In this document: positions 9,500-19,346 of the stretch, one piece after another | How the letters are laid out: every line of letters begins with the position of its first letter | Position numbering within the stretch: position 1 is the stretch's first letter | NCBI GenBank assembly: GCA_964291405.2 | Contig: OZ219926.1 | Span: 4,160,001 to 4,224,000 of the forward strand | DNA length: 64,000 nt | Reading direction: 5' to 3' | Source of the DNA: Thermodesulfobacteriota bacterium | GTDB taxonomy: Bacteria; Desulfobacterota; Binatia; Bin18 | Translations under genes and position numbers: made by a program | The notes under the pieces: generated by a model | Databases searched by the model: none | Told to the model about the DNA's origin: nothing | The model's input: the letters and a program-made list of their open reading frames with translations, nothing else

Positions 9500-10969
9500 A
9501 TGCAGACGAAGAAAAAAGTAATAATCGGAACACTGGCGGTTTCCCTGGCCTTCGGGGGCTTTACCTTAGGTCGGGTGACCCAAATGGACGTGGTCCAAGC
9601 AGCGCCGGAAACGGCAGCTCCCAGGCTCTCCATAACGCCGTCCGGATTACCCTCATTTGCCGACCTGGCCGACCATGTCTCGCCGGCTGTGGTCCATGTG
9701 CGTGTTGTTGGCGTAGAAAGGGCGGCTGAGCGTGGTCCCCGTTTTGGCGGTCCACGGAGTCCGTTCGGTCCTCAGTTCCCGTTCCCGCCCGGATTTGGCG
9801 ACCCGCGCCCTCACCAGGGTATACCGCGTCGCAGCTCCGGCTCCGGATTTATCATCCGCAACGACGGGCTGATCATCACCAATAACCATGTGGTTGAGGG
9901 CGCCAACGAGATTATGGTGACTCTTCCGGATGAGCGCGAATATCAGGCAAAGATCCTCGGCCGTGACCCCAAAACCGACCTGGCTGTGCTCAAGGTTGAA
10001 TCCGAGCAGGATTTGCCGGTCGCGAACCTTGGCGATTCCGAAGACGTCCGCGTCGGTGACTGGGTCATGGCCATTGGCAACCCGTTTGGGCTGAGCAATA
10101 CCGTGACCGCCGGTATCGTCAGTGCCAAAGGTCGAACCATCGGGGCCGGTCCGTACGACGACTTTATCCAGACCGACGCCTCCATTAACCCCGGTAACTC
10201 GGGGGGGCCGCTGTTTAACGAAAAAGGCGAGGTCGTTGGCATCAACACCGCGATCTTCGGCAATGGCGGCGGGAATATCGGTATTGGTTTTGCCATCCCG
10301 ATCAACTTGGCCAAGCAGCTCGTACCCGACCTGGAGACCAAGGGCCATGTGACGCGCGGTTGGCTGGGAGTCACCATCCAGAAGATGACCACAGAGTTGG
10401 CGGAATCCCTCGGTCTCGACGAGCCAAGTGGAGCCCTGGTGGCCGATGTCACCACAGACAGCCCGGCCGATAAAGGCGGCCTGGAACGTGGCGATGTCAT
10501 TGTCGGCTACGACGGCCACACGGTGAAAGAGAATGCCGACCTGCCTCTGCTGGTCGCCAACACAAAAGCCGGAACGAAAGTTCCTATTGATGTGGTGCGC
10601 GATGGAAAGACCCGGAGGCTCACGGTTGAAATCGCCAAACTTGACGAACCCGAAGTCGCCAGCGGACCTGCGGCCGCCAAAAGAGGCAAGTGGGGGATGG
10701 CGCTGCGTGAGCTCACGCCGGAAGAGCGAGACCGAATGCGTCTTAAAGCAGGTGAGGGGGTCATTGTGGCTGGCGTGCGGCCCGACAGTCCGGCTGCGGC
10801 CGCTGGAGTCCGTGAGGGGGACGTGATCCTTGAGGTCAACCGAGCCCCGGTCAAAACGGTGGACGAACTCAAAAAGGCAATCGCCACAGTGACGGAAGAC
10901 AAACCGTTACTGCTCCTGCTCCGACGGAACAACGGCGTGAACCACTACGCCTCTCTGGCGGCGAAATAG
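9500..10969 (+). CDS. degP: DegP/DegQ (HtrA) serine endoprotease with two PDZ domains
   Basis: GSGFII, TNNHVV, DLAVLK and QTDASINPGNSGGPL; two PDZ domains; N-terminal signal; GAGGAGG RBS. Confidence 0.92.
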   Translation: MQTKKKVIIGTLAVSLAFGGFTLGRVTQMDVVQAAPETAAPRLSITPSGLPSFADLADHVSPAVVHVRVVGVERAAERGPRFGGPRSPFGPQFPFPPGFGDPRPHQGIPRRSSGSGFIIRNDGLIITNNHVVEGANEIMVTLPDEREYQAKILGRDPKTDLAVLKVESEQDLPVANLGDSEDVRVGDWVMAIGNPFGLSNTVTAGIVSAKGRTIGAGPYDDFIQTDASINPGNSGGPLFNEKGEVVGINTAIFGNGGGNIGIGFAIPINLAKQLVPDLETKGHVTRGWLGVTIQKMTTELAESLGLDEPSGALVADVTTDSPADKGGLERGDVIVGYDGHTVKENADLPLLVANTKAGTKVPIDVVRDGKTRRLTVEIAKLDEPEVASGPAAAKRGKWGMALRELTPEERDRMRLKAGEGVIVAGVRPDSPAAAAGVREGDVILEVNRAPVKTVDELKKAIATVTEDKPLLLLLRRNNGVNHYASLAAK

Positions 10970-11021
10970 TCCATCGCTCTCATTCGCTCGCCAGACGTGT
11001 GGGACTGCTAGGCTGGAGATC

Positions 11022-11110
11022 ACCCACCCCGCCGCTGACGCGGCACCCCTCCCAAGAGGGGATGTGTATTACTCCCCTCCTCGGAGGGGTGGCCGAAGGC
11101 TGGGGTGGGT
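11022..11110. repeat. Composite REP-like element with terminal inverted repeats and internal CCCCTCC/GAGGGG hairpins
   Basis: ACCCACCCC (11022-11030) pairs with GGGGTGGGT (11102-11110); internal CCCCTCCCAAGAGGGG and CCCCTCCTCGGAGGGG. Confidence 0.65.
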
Positions 11111-11249
11111 TCCTTTTCGTGTCTACACGTCCTGAGAGAGGGGTTTTCCGAGTGGGGGACCGCCCACCCTGGGGGATTGCAGAAATATCTAGAACAGGTA
11201 AGGCTTGCAGACGGACGACGAATTCACGACGGAAGAAGGAGAAGGATTC

Positions 11250-12104
11250 ATGCACAAAACATTCACATCTCGGTTTCTCCACTGCTGCATCGCTCTGAGT
11301 ATTGGCCTGCTCTTCGCCGGTCAGGCCCGTGCCGACCATCACGCCGCGGCAGAAGGCGTCGATCCTGCCCTGCAAGCCGCCATTGACGGGGAACATCGCT
11401 CGGCCGAGCACAAGGCACGCGACCAATACCGCCATCCCGCGCAAACCCTGACCTGGATGGGGCTCAAGCCGGATATGACGGTGGTCGAAATCTCACCGTC
11501 AAGAGGCTGGTACACCGAGATTCTGGCTCCCTATCTGAAAGACCAGGGGAGCTTCTATCTGGCCGGGTTCGATAGGGAATCAGAGGTTGCGTACATGAAG
11601 CGGCTGAACGCCCTCTTGGACGAGAAACTGGCTGCTAATCCCGAGGTGTACGGTACGCCAACAGTGACTGAACTCGCCCCGCCCAACAAGGTTGATATTG
11701 CCCCCGCAGGCTCGGCGGACATGGTGCTGACCTTCCGCAACGTCCACAACTGGATGAGCGCCGGGACGGCCGACGGGGTTTTTGCCGCCATGTATGCAGC
11801 GCTCAAGCCGGGCGGGATTCTCGGTCTGGTGGAGCACCGGGCCGATCCCAACACGGAACAGGACCCCAAGGCGTCTTCGGGTTATGTCACCGAGGCAGAG
11901 ACCGTTCGAATGGCAGAAAAAGCGGGCTTCAAGCTCGTGGACCAGACTGAGATCAACGCCAATCCGAAAGATACACGCGATCATCCTAAAGGCGTGTGGA
12001 CCCTGCCACCCGCTCTCAGTCTCGGAGACGAGGACAGGGAAAAGTATCTGGCGATTGGAGAGAGCGACCGTATGACGCTCAAGTTCAAGAAGCCGGCGGA
12101 GTGA
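11250..12104 (+). CDS. Secreted predicted SAM-dependent methyltransferase (COG4798-like)
   Basis: Signal peptide ending in ARA; RDQYRHP, VVEISPSRGWYT, LTFRNVHNW, WTLPP, IGESDRMTLKF. Confidence 0.85.
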   Translation: MHKTFTSRFLHCCIALSIGLLFAGQARADHHAAAEGVDPALQAAIDGEHRSAEHKARDQYRHPAQTLTWMGLKPDMTVVEISPSRGWYTEILAPYLKDQGSFYLAGFDRESEVAYMKRLNALLDEKLAANPEVYGTPTVTELAPPNKVDIAPAGSADMVLTFRNVHNWMSAGTADGVFAAMYAALKPGGILGLVEHRADPNTEQDPKASSGYVTEAETVRMAEKAGFKLVDQTEINANPKDTRDHPKGVWTLPPALSLGDEDREKYLAIGESDRMTLKFKKPAE

Positions 12105-12122
12105 AGAATCCTCGCCCGAGCG

Positions 12123-12605
12123 CTATTCGCTGCTCATGCGCGCGATTTCCTGAACTGCCTTGACAATGCTGGCATAGCCGGTGCAGCGGCACAGATTGCC
12201 GGCTATGCCGTGCCGAATCTCCGCCTCGGTCGGGTCCGGCTTTTCTTTCAGCAGTTGCTGAACCGACAACACCATGCCGGGGGTGCAAAAGCCGCACTGT
12301 AAGGCGTGGTGTTTGACAAAGGCGTCCTGGATCGGATGCAGGTCGCCCGATTGCCTTGTGTCTTGTGTCCAGCCCTCAATGGTGGTGACCGTGGAGCCCG
12401 CGACATCGGCAGCCAGAATGGTACACGCCTTGACCGTCAGACCGTCAAGCACGACGGTGCACGCGCCGCAATTGCCGGTGGCACAGCCGAGATGGGTGCC
12501 GGTGAGGTCGAGCTGATCACGCAAAAAATCAACCAGGAGCGTACGCGTATCGACTGTGGCTTCACACGGCGTATTGTTTACTGTCAGTTGAATGGTAGTG
12601 TGCAT
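12123..12605 (-). CDS. Molybdenum hydroxylase small (2Fe-2S) subunit, CoxS-like
   Basis: GCATGNCGACTV...C, QCGFCTPG, NLCRCTGY. Confidence 0.93.
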   Translation of the reverse strand: MHTTIQLTVNNTPCEATVDTRTLLVDFLRDQLDLTGTHLGCATGNCGACTVVLDGLTVKACTILAADVAGSTVTTIEGWTQDTRQSGDLHPIQDAFVKHHALQCGFCTPGMVLSVQQLLKEKPDPTEAEIRHGIAGNLCRCTGYASIVKAVQEIARMSSE

Positions 12606-12623
12606 AGCCTTCTATCCCATTTC

Positions 12624-13502
12624 TTACGCCGCCCGTTCCAACGCCGTCTTCACCGCCCGGCGAGTAAACACCCGGACCATCTCTCGTTTGTAATCCGCGT
12701 CGGCGTGCAACTCTGCGACCGGGTCGTAAGCCGTCTCATATGCGGCGGTCGCAACCGCCTCGACAAAGGCGTCGTCTACGGCCCTGCCCGTCAGAGTGTT
12801 CTCGATAGCGGTCAAACGGACCGGGACGGGGGCTGCGCCGCAGATGCCGACCCGGATGGACAGACAGGTCCTATCCGGGTTGAGCCGAAGGCACACGCCC
12901 ACGCCGACAATGGCAAAGCCGCCCTCCACCCTAGTGAATTTCACGTAGGCCGTGCCGGTGTCCGGGGACAGAACAGGAACGCGGATTGCGGTCAGAACTT
13001 CATCCGCAGCCAGACTGGTGGTCATATAATCAACAAAGACGTCTTTGGCGGCAACGGTTCGCTCGCCGCTTGGGCCAACAATCCGAAAGGCTGCGTCAAG
13101 CAGGACGAGGACGGGTGGATAGTCAGCCGCGGGATCAAAATGGCCAATCGAGCCACCTAGTGTTCCGCGGTTACGAATCTGGACATCGCCAATACAGGCC
13201 GCGGTCTCGCTCAGGATCGGACAGTGGGTTTGTACAACCTCAGACTCGGCCAGGGCGCGGTGGGTAACCCCTGCTCCTATGGTCAGTGTCTCCCCGTTCC
13301 GGCGAATAGAGTCGAGACCGGCGACATGGTTGAGGCTGACGATATGGGCCGGTGCGACCAGGCCGAGGTTCATGCTCGGCATCAGCGACTGCCCCCCGGC
13401 CAGCAGCTTTGCGTCTTCGCCGTTTTGGGCGCACTGGGATAAGAGGCGGACGGTTTCGTCGATCGAATGCGGCCTATGGAGCTGAAAGGGTGCGCGTATC
13501 AT
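12624..13502 (-). CDS. Molybdenum hydroxylase FAD subunit, CoxM-like
   Basis: AGGQSL, IGDVQIRNRGTLGGS, DPAADYP; its start overlaps the large-subunit stop. Confidence 0.92.
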   Translation of the reverse strand: MIRAPFQLHRPHSIDETVRLLSQCAQNGEDAKLLAGGQSLMPSMNLGLVAPAHIVSLNHVAGLDSIRRNGETLTIGAGVTHRALAESEVVQTHCPILSETAACIGDVQIRNRGTLGGSIGHFDPAADYPPVLVLLDAAFRIVGPSGERTVAAKDVFVDYMTTSLAADEVLTAIRVPVLSPDTGTAYVKFTRVEGGFAIVGVGVCLRLNPDRTCLSIRVGICGAAPVPVRLTAIENTLTGRAVDDAFVEAVATAAYETAYDPVAELHADADYKREMVRVFTRRAVKTALERAA

Positions 13503-15892
13503 GCGTCTGCCCCTCCGTTATTGCCATTCTTGGCCGCTTGAATCATGCGCCACACACGTTGTGGAGTCAGCGGGGTATCGTGAATTCTCACCCCAAAGGG
13601 CGCGAGGGCGTTTTCCACCGCACCGACGATAGTCCCGAACGGACTGGACACGCCGGACTCGCCCGCGCCCTTGGTGCCGAGTGGTGTAAACGGGCTTGGG
13701 ACTTCCTGGTGGTGAATCTCAACGCTCGGCACTTCCACGGCGGTGGGCAGGGTATAGTCCATGAACGTCCCGGTCTGGAGTTGGCCGTTGTCATCATAGC
13801 TGAGCTGTTCATAGATCAGCCCCCCGAGTCCCTGTGCGACGGCGCCCTGAAACTGCCCCTCCACCAATAAGGGATTGATGACGGTGCCGCAGTCGTGGAC
13901 GGTTACATAGCGCAGGAGGGTGATGACGCCGGTTTCAATATCTACCTCCACCACGGCCACGCAGGCCGCATAGGGATAAGAGGGATAGGTGTTGATCCGG
14001 CCTTTGTCGTCCGGCACGTGGTGGATATTGCCCATGCGGAAATAGCGCGTGGACTCCAAACCCGGCTCCATATCAAAGGCGTGATGGTCGAAGGGGCGTT
14101 TGTGGACATACTCGGCAACTTCGTTAAACGCCACTTCTTGGTCAGCCTGCCCCCTGACGCGAATACGGCCCTGTTCACAGTCCAGGTCTTCAGGCGCCGC
14201 TTTCAGCATACTCGCCGCAACCCGCAACACCTTATGGTGCACTTCCCGGGCCGCGTACAGCGAAGCTGAGCCTCCCATGAACAGGCTGCGCGAGCTCCAG
14301 TTACCCAGTCCATAGGGACATGCCTGGGTATCACCCTGCACGACCCTGACGGTACTGAGCGGAACGCCGAGGGTATCTGCCACAATCTGGGCAATGCCGG
14401 TTTCATTGCCCGAGCCGGGCGAGGTGACACCGGTCAGGACGGTGACTTGCCCACTCGGGCTGACGCGGACGGTGGCACCTTCATAGCCGCCGATAAAAGA
14501 GTCGGGAATGCAGCCGCCTTCGGGCGTGAGCTCAAAACCCACGCCCATGCCAATATACCGGCCCTGGGCGCGGAGGCGCTGTTGTTCTTCGGCAAAGCCG
14601 TGGTAGCCGGCCTTGTCCATGACGTCCTGCAACGCCTTGGCATAATCACCGCTATCCAGGGTTGCTCCCGAGATTTGCACATAAGGAAACTCGTCCTTGG
14701 GCACAAAATTCTTGAGCCGCACCGCGGCGCGGTCCATCTGGACCGTATCGGCAACCCGGTCCATGACGCGGTCCATGAGAAAAGAGGCCGCCTCCTTGCC
14801 AAACCCGCGATACGCATTCCAGGGGCCCTTGTTGGTGACCACGATGGACAGGTCTACCTCACAGTTCGGGATTTTGTACGGGCCGGGCACGACAAAGGAC
14901 GCCACATAGGACATGCCCCAACCGGCCACCGCGGCCAGGGCGCCGACGTCGCCAATGATGCGAACCTTGAGGCCGACCACGGTTCCGTCCGCCTTGCAGG
15001 CGACCGAGAACCTGAGGGTTTGCTCACGGGCATGACCGCCGGCCATCAAATGTTCGGTGCGCTCTTCGATCCATTTGACTGGCTTACCGGTCTGCTTCGA
15101 CAGCAGGCAGGCCAGCGGGTCTTCCTGATAGGTCGGAATCTTGACCCCAAATGCGCCACCCACCTGGGGCTGAATCACCTGGATGTCGTTTTCATCCATC
15201 TGCAAGGTGCTGGCCAAGGTGGTGCGTAGGGGATGGGGCGCTTGGGTGGAGACCCACAGGGTCAGGCGTTCAGCGCGGTCATCATAATGCGCCAGGGCCG
15301 CGCGTGGCTCCAGCGGCGTGGCCGTATGCCGGTGCAGGCGGAGGGTGTCGTCGAGGATATGGTCGGCGTCGGCAAAAGCTTGCTCACTATCACCGCCCTG
15401 AAAGCGAACGTGCATTAGTTCGTTGGTTTCCCATTCGGGGTAGAGCAGGGGGGAGTCCGGCTCCAGGGCCCGTTCGGCATCGATTACCACCGGTAGGTCC
15501 GCGTACTCGACTTCGATCAGGTTGGCCGCCTCGGTCGCGGCGTGTCTGGTATCGGCCACCACCGCGGCCACCGGCGTGCCGACATAATGTACCCGGTCAA
15601 TCGCCAGGCAGTAGATGTCGGTCGTTTTTCCCCCAAAGGCGCTGGGGTTTAACGTATGCGGAATGGGCTTGCTCCACTGCTTGATATCCGCCCCGGTGGC
15701 AACGATGCGCACGCCTGGGTGTTGCTGCGCCGCGTCGGTATTGATGCTGAGAATCCGGGCGTGGGCATAGGGACTGCGGACAACGGCCATATAGCCCATG
15801 TCCGGCAGACTCACGTCTGCGGTGTATTGTCCCTTGCCAGCCACGAGTTTGGTATCCAGGATGCCACTGACCGCACTACCTACATATGCCAT
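13499..15892 (-). CDS. Xanthine-dehydrogenase-family molybdopterin-binding large subunit (CoxL-like, not form I CODH)
   Basis: RSPYAHARI, VGGAFGVK, AYRGFG, VHDCGTVINP, KGAGESG. Confidence 0.92.
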   Translation of the reverse strand: MAYVGSAVSGILDTKLVAGKGQYTADVSLPDMGYMAVVRSPYAHARILSINTDAAQQHPGVRIVATGADIKQWSKPIPHTLNPSAFGGKTTDIYCLAIDRVHYVGTPVAAVVADTRHAATEAANLIEVEYADLPVVIDAERALEPDSPLLYPEWETNELMHVRFQGGDSEQAFADADHILDDTLRLHRHTATPLEPRAALAHYDDRAERLTLWVSTQAPHPLRTTLASTLQMDENDIQVIQPQVGGAFGVKIPTYQEDPLACLLSKQTGKPVKWIEERTEHLMAGGHAREQTLRFSVACKADGTVVGLKVRIIGDVGALAAVAGWGMSYVASFVVPGPYKIPNCEVDLSIVVTNKGPWNAYRGFGKEAASFLMDRVMDRVADTVQMDRAAVRLKNFVPKDEFPYVQISGATLDSGDYAKALQDVMDKAGYHGFAEEQQRLRAQGRYIGMGVGFELTPEGGCIPDSFIGGYEGATVRVSPSGQVTVLTGVTSPGSGNETGIAQIVADTLGVPLSTVRVVQGDTQACPYGLGNWSSRSLFMGGSASLYAAREVHHKVLRVAASMLKAAPEDLDCEQGRIRVRGQADQEVAFNEVAEYVHKRPFDHHAFDMEPGLESTRYFRMGNIHHVPDDKGRINTYPSYPYAACVAVVEVDIETGVITLLRYVTVHDCGTVINPLLVEGQFQGAVAQGLGGLIYEQLSYDDNGQLQTGTFMDYTLPTAVEVPSVEIHHQEVPSPFTPLGTKGAGESGVSSPFGTIVGAVENALAPFGVRIHDTPLTPQRVWRMIQAAKNGNNGGADA

Positions 15893-15952
15893 GCTGAAGA
15901 ATCCCTTTTTATCTGTATAGTGCTGGAACCTAGCGCCCTGAGGTTTTCAGTG

Positions 15953-16939
15953 TCAATGCGGTTTCGCCTGATCTTGTTGCTCTGCTTGCTGAGTCCACTT
16001 CTCCGTTTCAACCAAGACGTGAGCGATCCGTTGGCGGAGGGCGTCAGCCGACTCCGGTGTCCAGTCATAGAACCCTTTGCCTGTTTTTACCCCAAGCTCG
16101 TCCTGGGCAACTTTTGCGGACAGGACCGGCGGGATCTTCTGCGACGTTGTGAGATGTGGATACAGCCCTTGCATGGCGGCGGAGATCAAGTCCCAGCCGG
16201 CCAGCTCAAAAACTTCAAAAATCCCGGCGACCGCCCAGCGTCGGCCAATACTATTCTTCATGGCCGTATCAATATCCTGCGGGCTGGCAATACCGTTTTG
16301 CACCATGTCAAGGGCTTCCCGCAGCAGCGCGCCCTGCAAACGGTTGAGAATAAAGCCAGGCACTTCTTTTTGCACGACGACGGGTCGTTTGCCCACGCGC
16401 GTGAGTAATCCGGACAGGGTGTCGAGTGTCTCATCTGACGTGGCCGGCCCACGCACAATTTCAACAATGGGAATGAGATAGGGGGGGTTGGCATAGTGCG
16501 CGACTAAGACCTTGTCGCCGCGCTGCACGGTATGCACGAACTGGCTGGGCATGAGCGTCGAGGTATTGCTCGCCAGGATGGTATGCGGCGGACAAAGGCG
16601 GTCGAGCTGCTCAAAGATGTATCGCTTCAGTTCTACCTCTTCAAACACCGACTCGATCACAAGATCGGCATCCTCGACCGCTCCTTCTAGATCAAGCTCG
16701 GCCCGAATATGGGACAGGACCGGCCTGGCGCGATCCTCAGTCAGCGCACCGAGTGCGATCAAGCGGGCGAGATTGGCCCGGATATTTTCCTCCGCCCGGG
16801 TCAGACTCGCTTGGGTGCGCGCATGCATGGTCACGCGATAGCCGGCCAAGGCAAACTCCTGTGCAATACCGTGGCCCATTAAGCCAGCGCCAACGACGCT
16901 AATGCGTTTGATCGACTGATCGCTCATGTGATTGCTCAT
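15953..16939 (-). CDS. 3-hydroxyacyl-CoA dehydrogenase family protein
   Basis: GAGLMGHGIA Rossmann motif, ASNTS, HYANPP, PGFILNRLQ, LGVKTGKGFY. Confidence 0.92.
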   Translation of the reverse strand: MSNHMSDQSIKRISVVGAGLMGHGIAQEFALAGYRVTMHARTQASLTRAEENIRANLARLIALGALTEDRARPVLSHIRAELDLEGAVEDADLVIESVFEEVELKRYIFEQLDRLCPPHTILASNTSTLMPSQFVHTVQRGDKVLVAHYANPPYLIPIVEIVRGPATSDETLDTLSGLLTRVGKRPVVVQKEVPGFILNRLQGALLREALDMVQNGIASPQDIDTAMKNSIGRRWAVAGIFEVFELAGWDLISAAMQGLYPHLTTSQKIPPVLSAKVAQDELGVKTGKGFYDWTPESADALRQRIAHVLVETEKWTQQAEQQDQAKPH

Positions 16940-17044
16940 GAGTGAGTGATTAGCGCACTCTTCGCTCTACTCCTAGTACCGAGGTTGTAGCCTCTTTGTC
17001 TCAAGCGTGGTTGTATACGGGCGAAAAAAGATTGAGGAGACAGC

Positions 17045-18187
17045 ATGACACAGGCGCTCACTGACATGTTTGGTATCGAATATCCTATTTTTGCCTTCAC
17101 GCACTGCCGCGACGTTGTTGTCGCAGTCAGTAAAGCTGGTGGACTCGGCGTGCTTGGGGCCGCGATTCACACGGACGAGCGCTTGGAAATCGATATGCAA
17201 TGGATAGACGATCAACTCGGCGATGTCCCGTACGGCGTGGACCTGATGATGCCCTCGAACTACGTGGGTGCTTCAACCGGTGGGATGAATCAAAAGGCGC
17301 TTCAGGAATACATCCCGGACGAGCACCGGCGGTTCGTGGAGAAACTGCTGGAGGACGCCGGGGTGCCCGAGTTGCCGGACCATCTAACCGCCTCCAAAAA
17401 GGAACGCGGCTTACGCTATTCCCAAAAACAGGCCAAGGGTATTGTGGATATTGCGTTTGAGCACAAGGCTCGGTTTCTGGTGAGTGCGCTCGGCACACCG
17501 CCGGATTGGGTGACTGAGGCGGCCCATGCGCGGGGCCTCTACGTCGGCGCCCTGGCTGGTAAGAAAAAGCACGCCGAGCGCCACAAAGCCGCGAGTGTGG
17601 ACGTGATTATCGCCCAGTCCTACGAAGCCGGAGGACATACCGGAGAGATCGGCGGCATGGTGCTGATCCCGGAAATTGTCGATGCCGTTGCCCCGACCCC
17701 AGTGCTCGGCGCCGGCGGCATAGGCAGCGGGCGGCAGATGGCCGCGGCCCTGGCGCTCGGTGCCCAGGGCGTGTGGTGCGGTTCCGTCTGGTTGACGACG
17801 GCCGAGTCCGAACTGGACCGCATGGCCAGGCAAAAGCTGCTGGTCGCGGGGACGGATGACACGGTGCGAACCCGATCCATGACGGGCAAACACGCCCGGT
17901 TTTTACGCTCGGCATGGACCGAGGCATGGGATCGGCCCGACACCCCGGACCCCCTCAAAACCCCGCTCCAAAGCGTTTTGAATTATCCTTCCCTGCGCCG
18001 CATCGACCACGCCATGAAGGCCCCCGGCGTGACCCCGGAGTCCGGCGCCTATCAGCTGTACTCCTATCCTGCCGGACAGGGCATCGGCACGCAAAACAGC
18101 GTGCGGGCCACCCGCGATGTCGTGCGGGAAATGGTGGAGGGCTATGTCGAAGCCGTCGCCAGATTGAACGAACAGCTTGAGGGGTAG
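17045..18187 (+). CDS. Nitronate monooxygenase / FabK-like FMN oxidoreductase
   Basis: FAFTHCRDVV, AGGLGVLG, QSYEAGGH, AGGIGSG. Confidence 0.88.
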   Translation: MTQALTDMFGIEYPIFAFTHCRDVVVAVSKAGGLGVLGAAIHTDERLEIDMQWIDDQLGDVPYGVDLMMPSNYVGASTGGMNQKALQEYIPDEHRRFVEKLLEDAGVPELPDHLTASKKERGLRYSQKQAKGIVDIAFEHKARFLVSALGTPPDWVTEAAHARGLYVGALAGKKKHAERHKAASVDVIIAQSYEAGGHTGEIGGMVLIPEIVDAVAPTPVLGAGGIGSGRQMAAALALGAQGVWCGSVWLTTAESELDRMARQKLLVAGTDDTVRTRSMTGKHARFLRSAWTEAWDRPDTPDPLKTPLQSVLNYPSLRRIDHAMKAPGVTPESGAYQLYSYPAGQGIGTQNSVRATRDVVREMVEGYVEAVARLNEQLEG

Positions 18188-18213
18188 ACGGACAAAGTCC
18201 TCACCCACGAGTC

Positions 18214-19293
18214 TCAATACTTGCGCATCACCAACTCGGCAAACTCTGACAGCATCTCCCGGCTTGTCTGGGTCGGAGGCAGGATGGTCAGCTCGTGCAT
18301 GCCCGCTTGCTCTGCCGCGCGGATGCGTTCGATAATCTCCTCTGGCGAGCCCACCAGACTTGTGCCCTGAATCGCCTTGGGAGTCACAAAGCGCCGCTCG
18401 GCCGGCACCAGATAGGTGCTGTGGCCGTCGTGGAGTTGGAGATAGCGTTTGTCGGCCGGCGTCTCCATCCGATCGACATAGGCGCAATACTCCTCCCAGG
18501 TGTCTGCAAATGCCGGCGGAATGACCTCCTCATTCTTGGTCAACTGATAGACCTCATACACAAAATGGAGTGCCGTGGTGACCCAGGCGCCGCAGGCGTC
18601 AATGACCCGGTCCGATTCCAAGGTCTCGCCCGGATGCAGAATCACGGCGGCGGTGACGGCGGAAACGTGAAAGGGGTCCGGCAGGCTGCGTCCGGCTTTG
18701 GCCGCCCCTGTCCGGATCAACTGCAAATGATTGCGCAGGACGCTGGTATCTTCGTAGAGCAGGGTCGTGAGGCCGTCCCCGAATTCACCCGTGAGGCCAA
18801 GCGCCCGCGGTCCGTTGGCGGCAACATAAATCGGAATGGGGTCTTCCAGGTTGATAAAGCGCAGGTCCTGGTGGAGAAAACGGATCGTGCGCGTGGTGTT
18901 ACCAAAGGTGTAGTCAACCTCTTCCCCGCGCAGGAGCGCCCGCACAACGCGCAGATACTCGCGGAAGGGCGCGATGCGCATGGGCTTCATGCCCATGACG
19001 CGCATGGCCGTATGCCCGGTGCCGAGGCCGAGGAAGACGCGGCCCGGTGCAATCTGATTGATCGAGGCAATGGAATGGGCCGTAACCGGAGCGATGCGAC
19101 TGCCGGGAATCGAGACCCCGCTGCCAATATGAATCCGCGAGGTATGCTGCGCAGCCAGCGCCAGGGTGGCATAACAGTCCGACCAGATCATCTGGGAGTC
19201 CGGGACCCAGGCGCGGTCATAGCCCAGATCCTCGGCGTCTTTCACCAGTTGCCAGTCGTCGATACGGGTGGGAAAGATAATACCAAACTGCAT
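18214..19293 (-). CDS. LLM-class flavin- or F420-dependent oxidoreductase
   Basis: AEDLGYDRAWVPDSQ, APGRVFLGLGTG, PIYVAANGPR. Confidence 0.88.
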   Translation of the reverse strand: MQFGIIFPTRIDDWQLVKDAEDLGYDRAWVPDSQMIWSDCYATLALAAQHTSRIHIGSGVSIPGSRIAPVTAHSIASINQIAPGRVFLGLGTGHTAMRVMGMKPMRIAPFREYLRVVRALLRGEEVDYTFGNTTRTIRFLHQDLRFINLEDPIPIYVAANGPRALGLTGEFGDGLTTLLYEDTSVLRNHLQLIRTGAAKAGRSLPDPFHVSAVTAAVILHPGETLESDRVIDACGAWVTTALHFVYEVYQLTKNEEVIPPAFADTWEEYCAYVDRMETPADKRYLQLHDGHSTYLVPAERRFVTPKAIQGTSLVGSPEEIIERIRAAEQAGMHELTILPPTQTSREMLSEFAELVMRKY

Positions 19294-19346
19294 GCGTCCT
19301 CCTGCGTGCGATTCAGGCGCGTCTCTTTTCTATTGAAGCCGCTAGC

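Noticed and set aside
10980-11249. ORFs 10980-11444 and 10999-11298
   Set aside because: They translate the REP-like element and overlap the methyltransferase.
13499-15892. True aerobic CO dehydrogenase (form I coxL)
   Set aside because: The AYxCSFR motif is absent (AYRGFG instead), gene order differs and no accessory cox genes are present.
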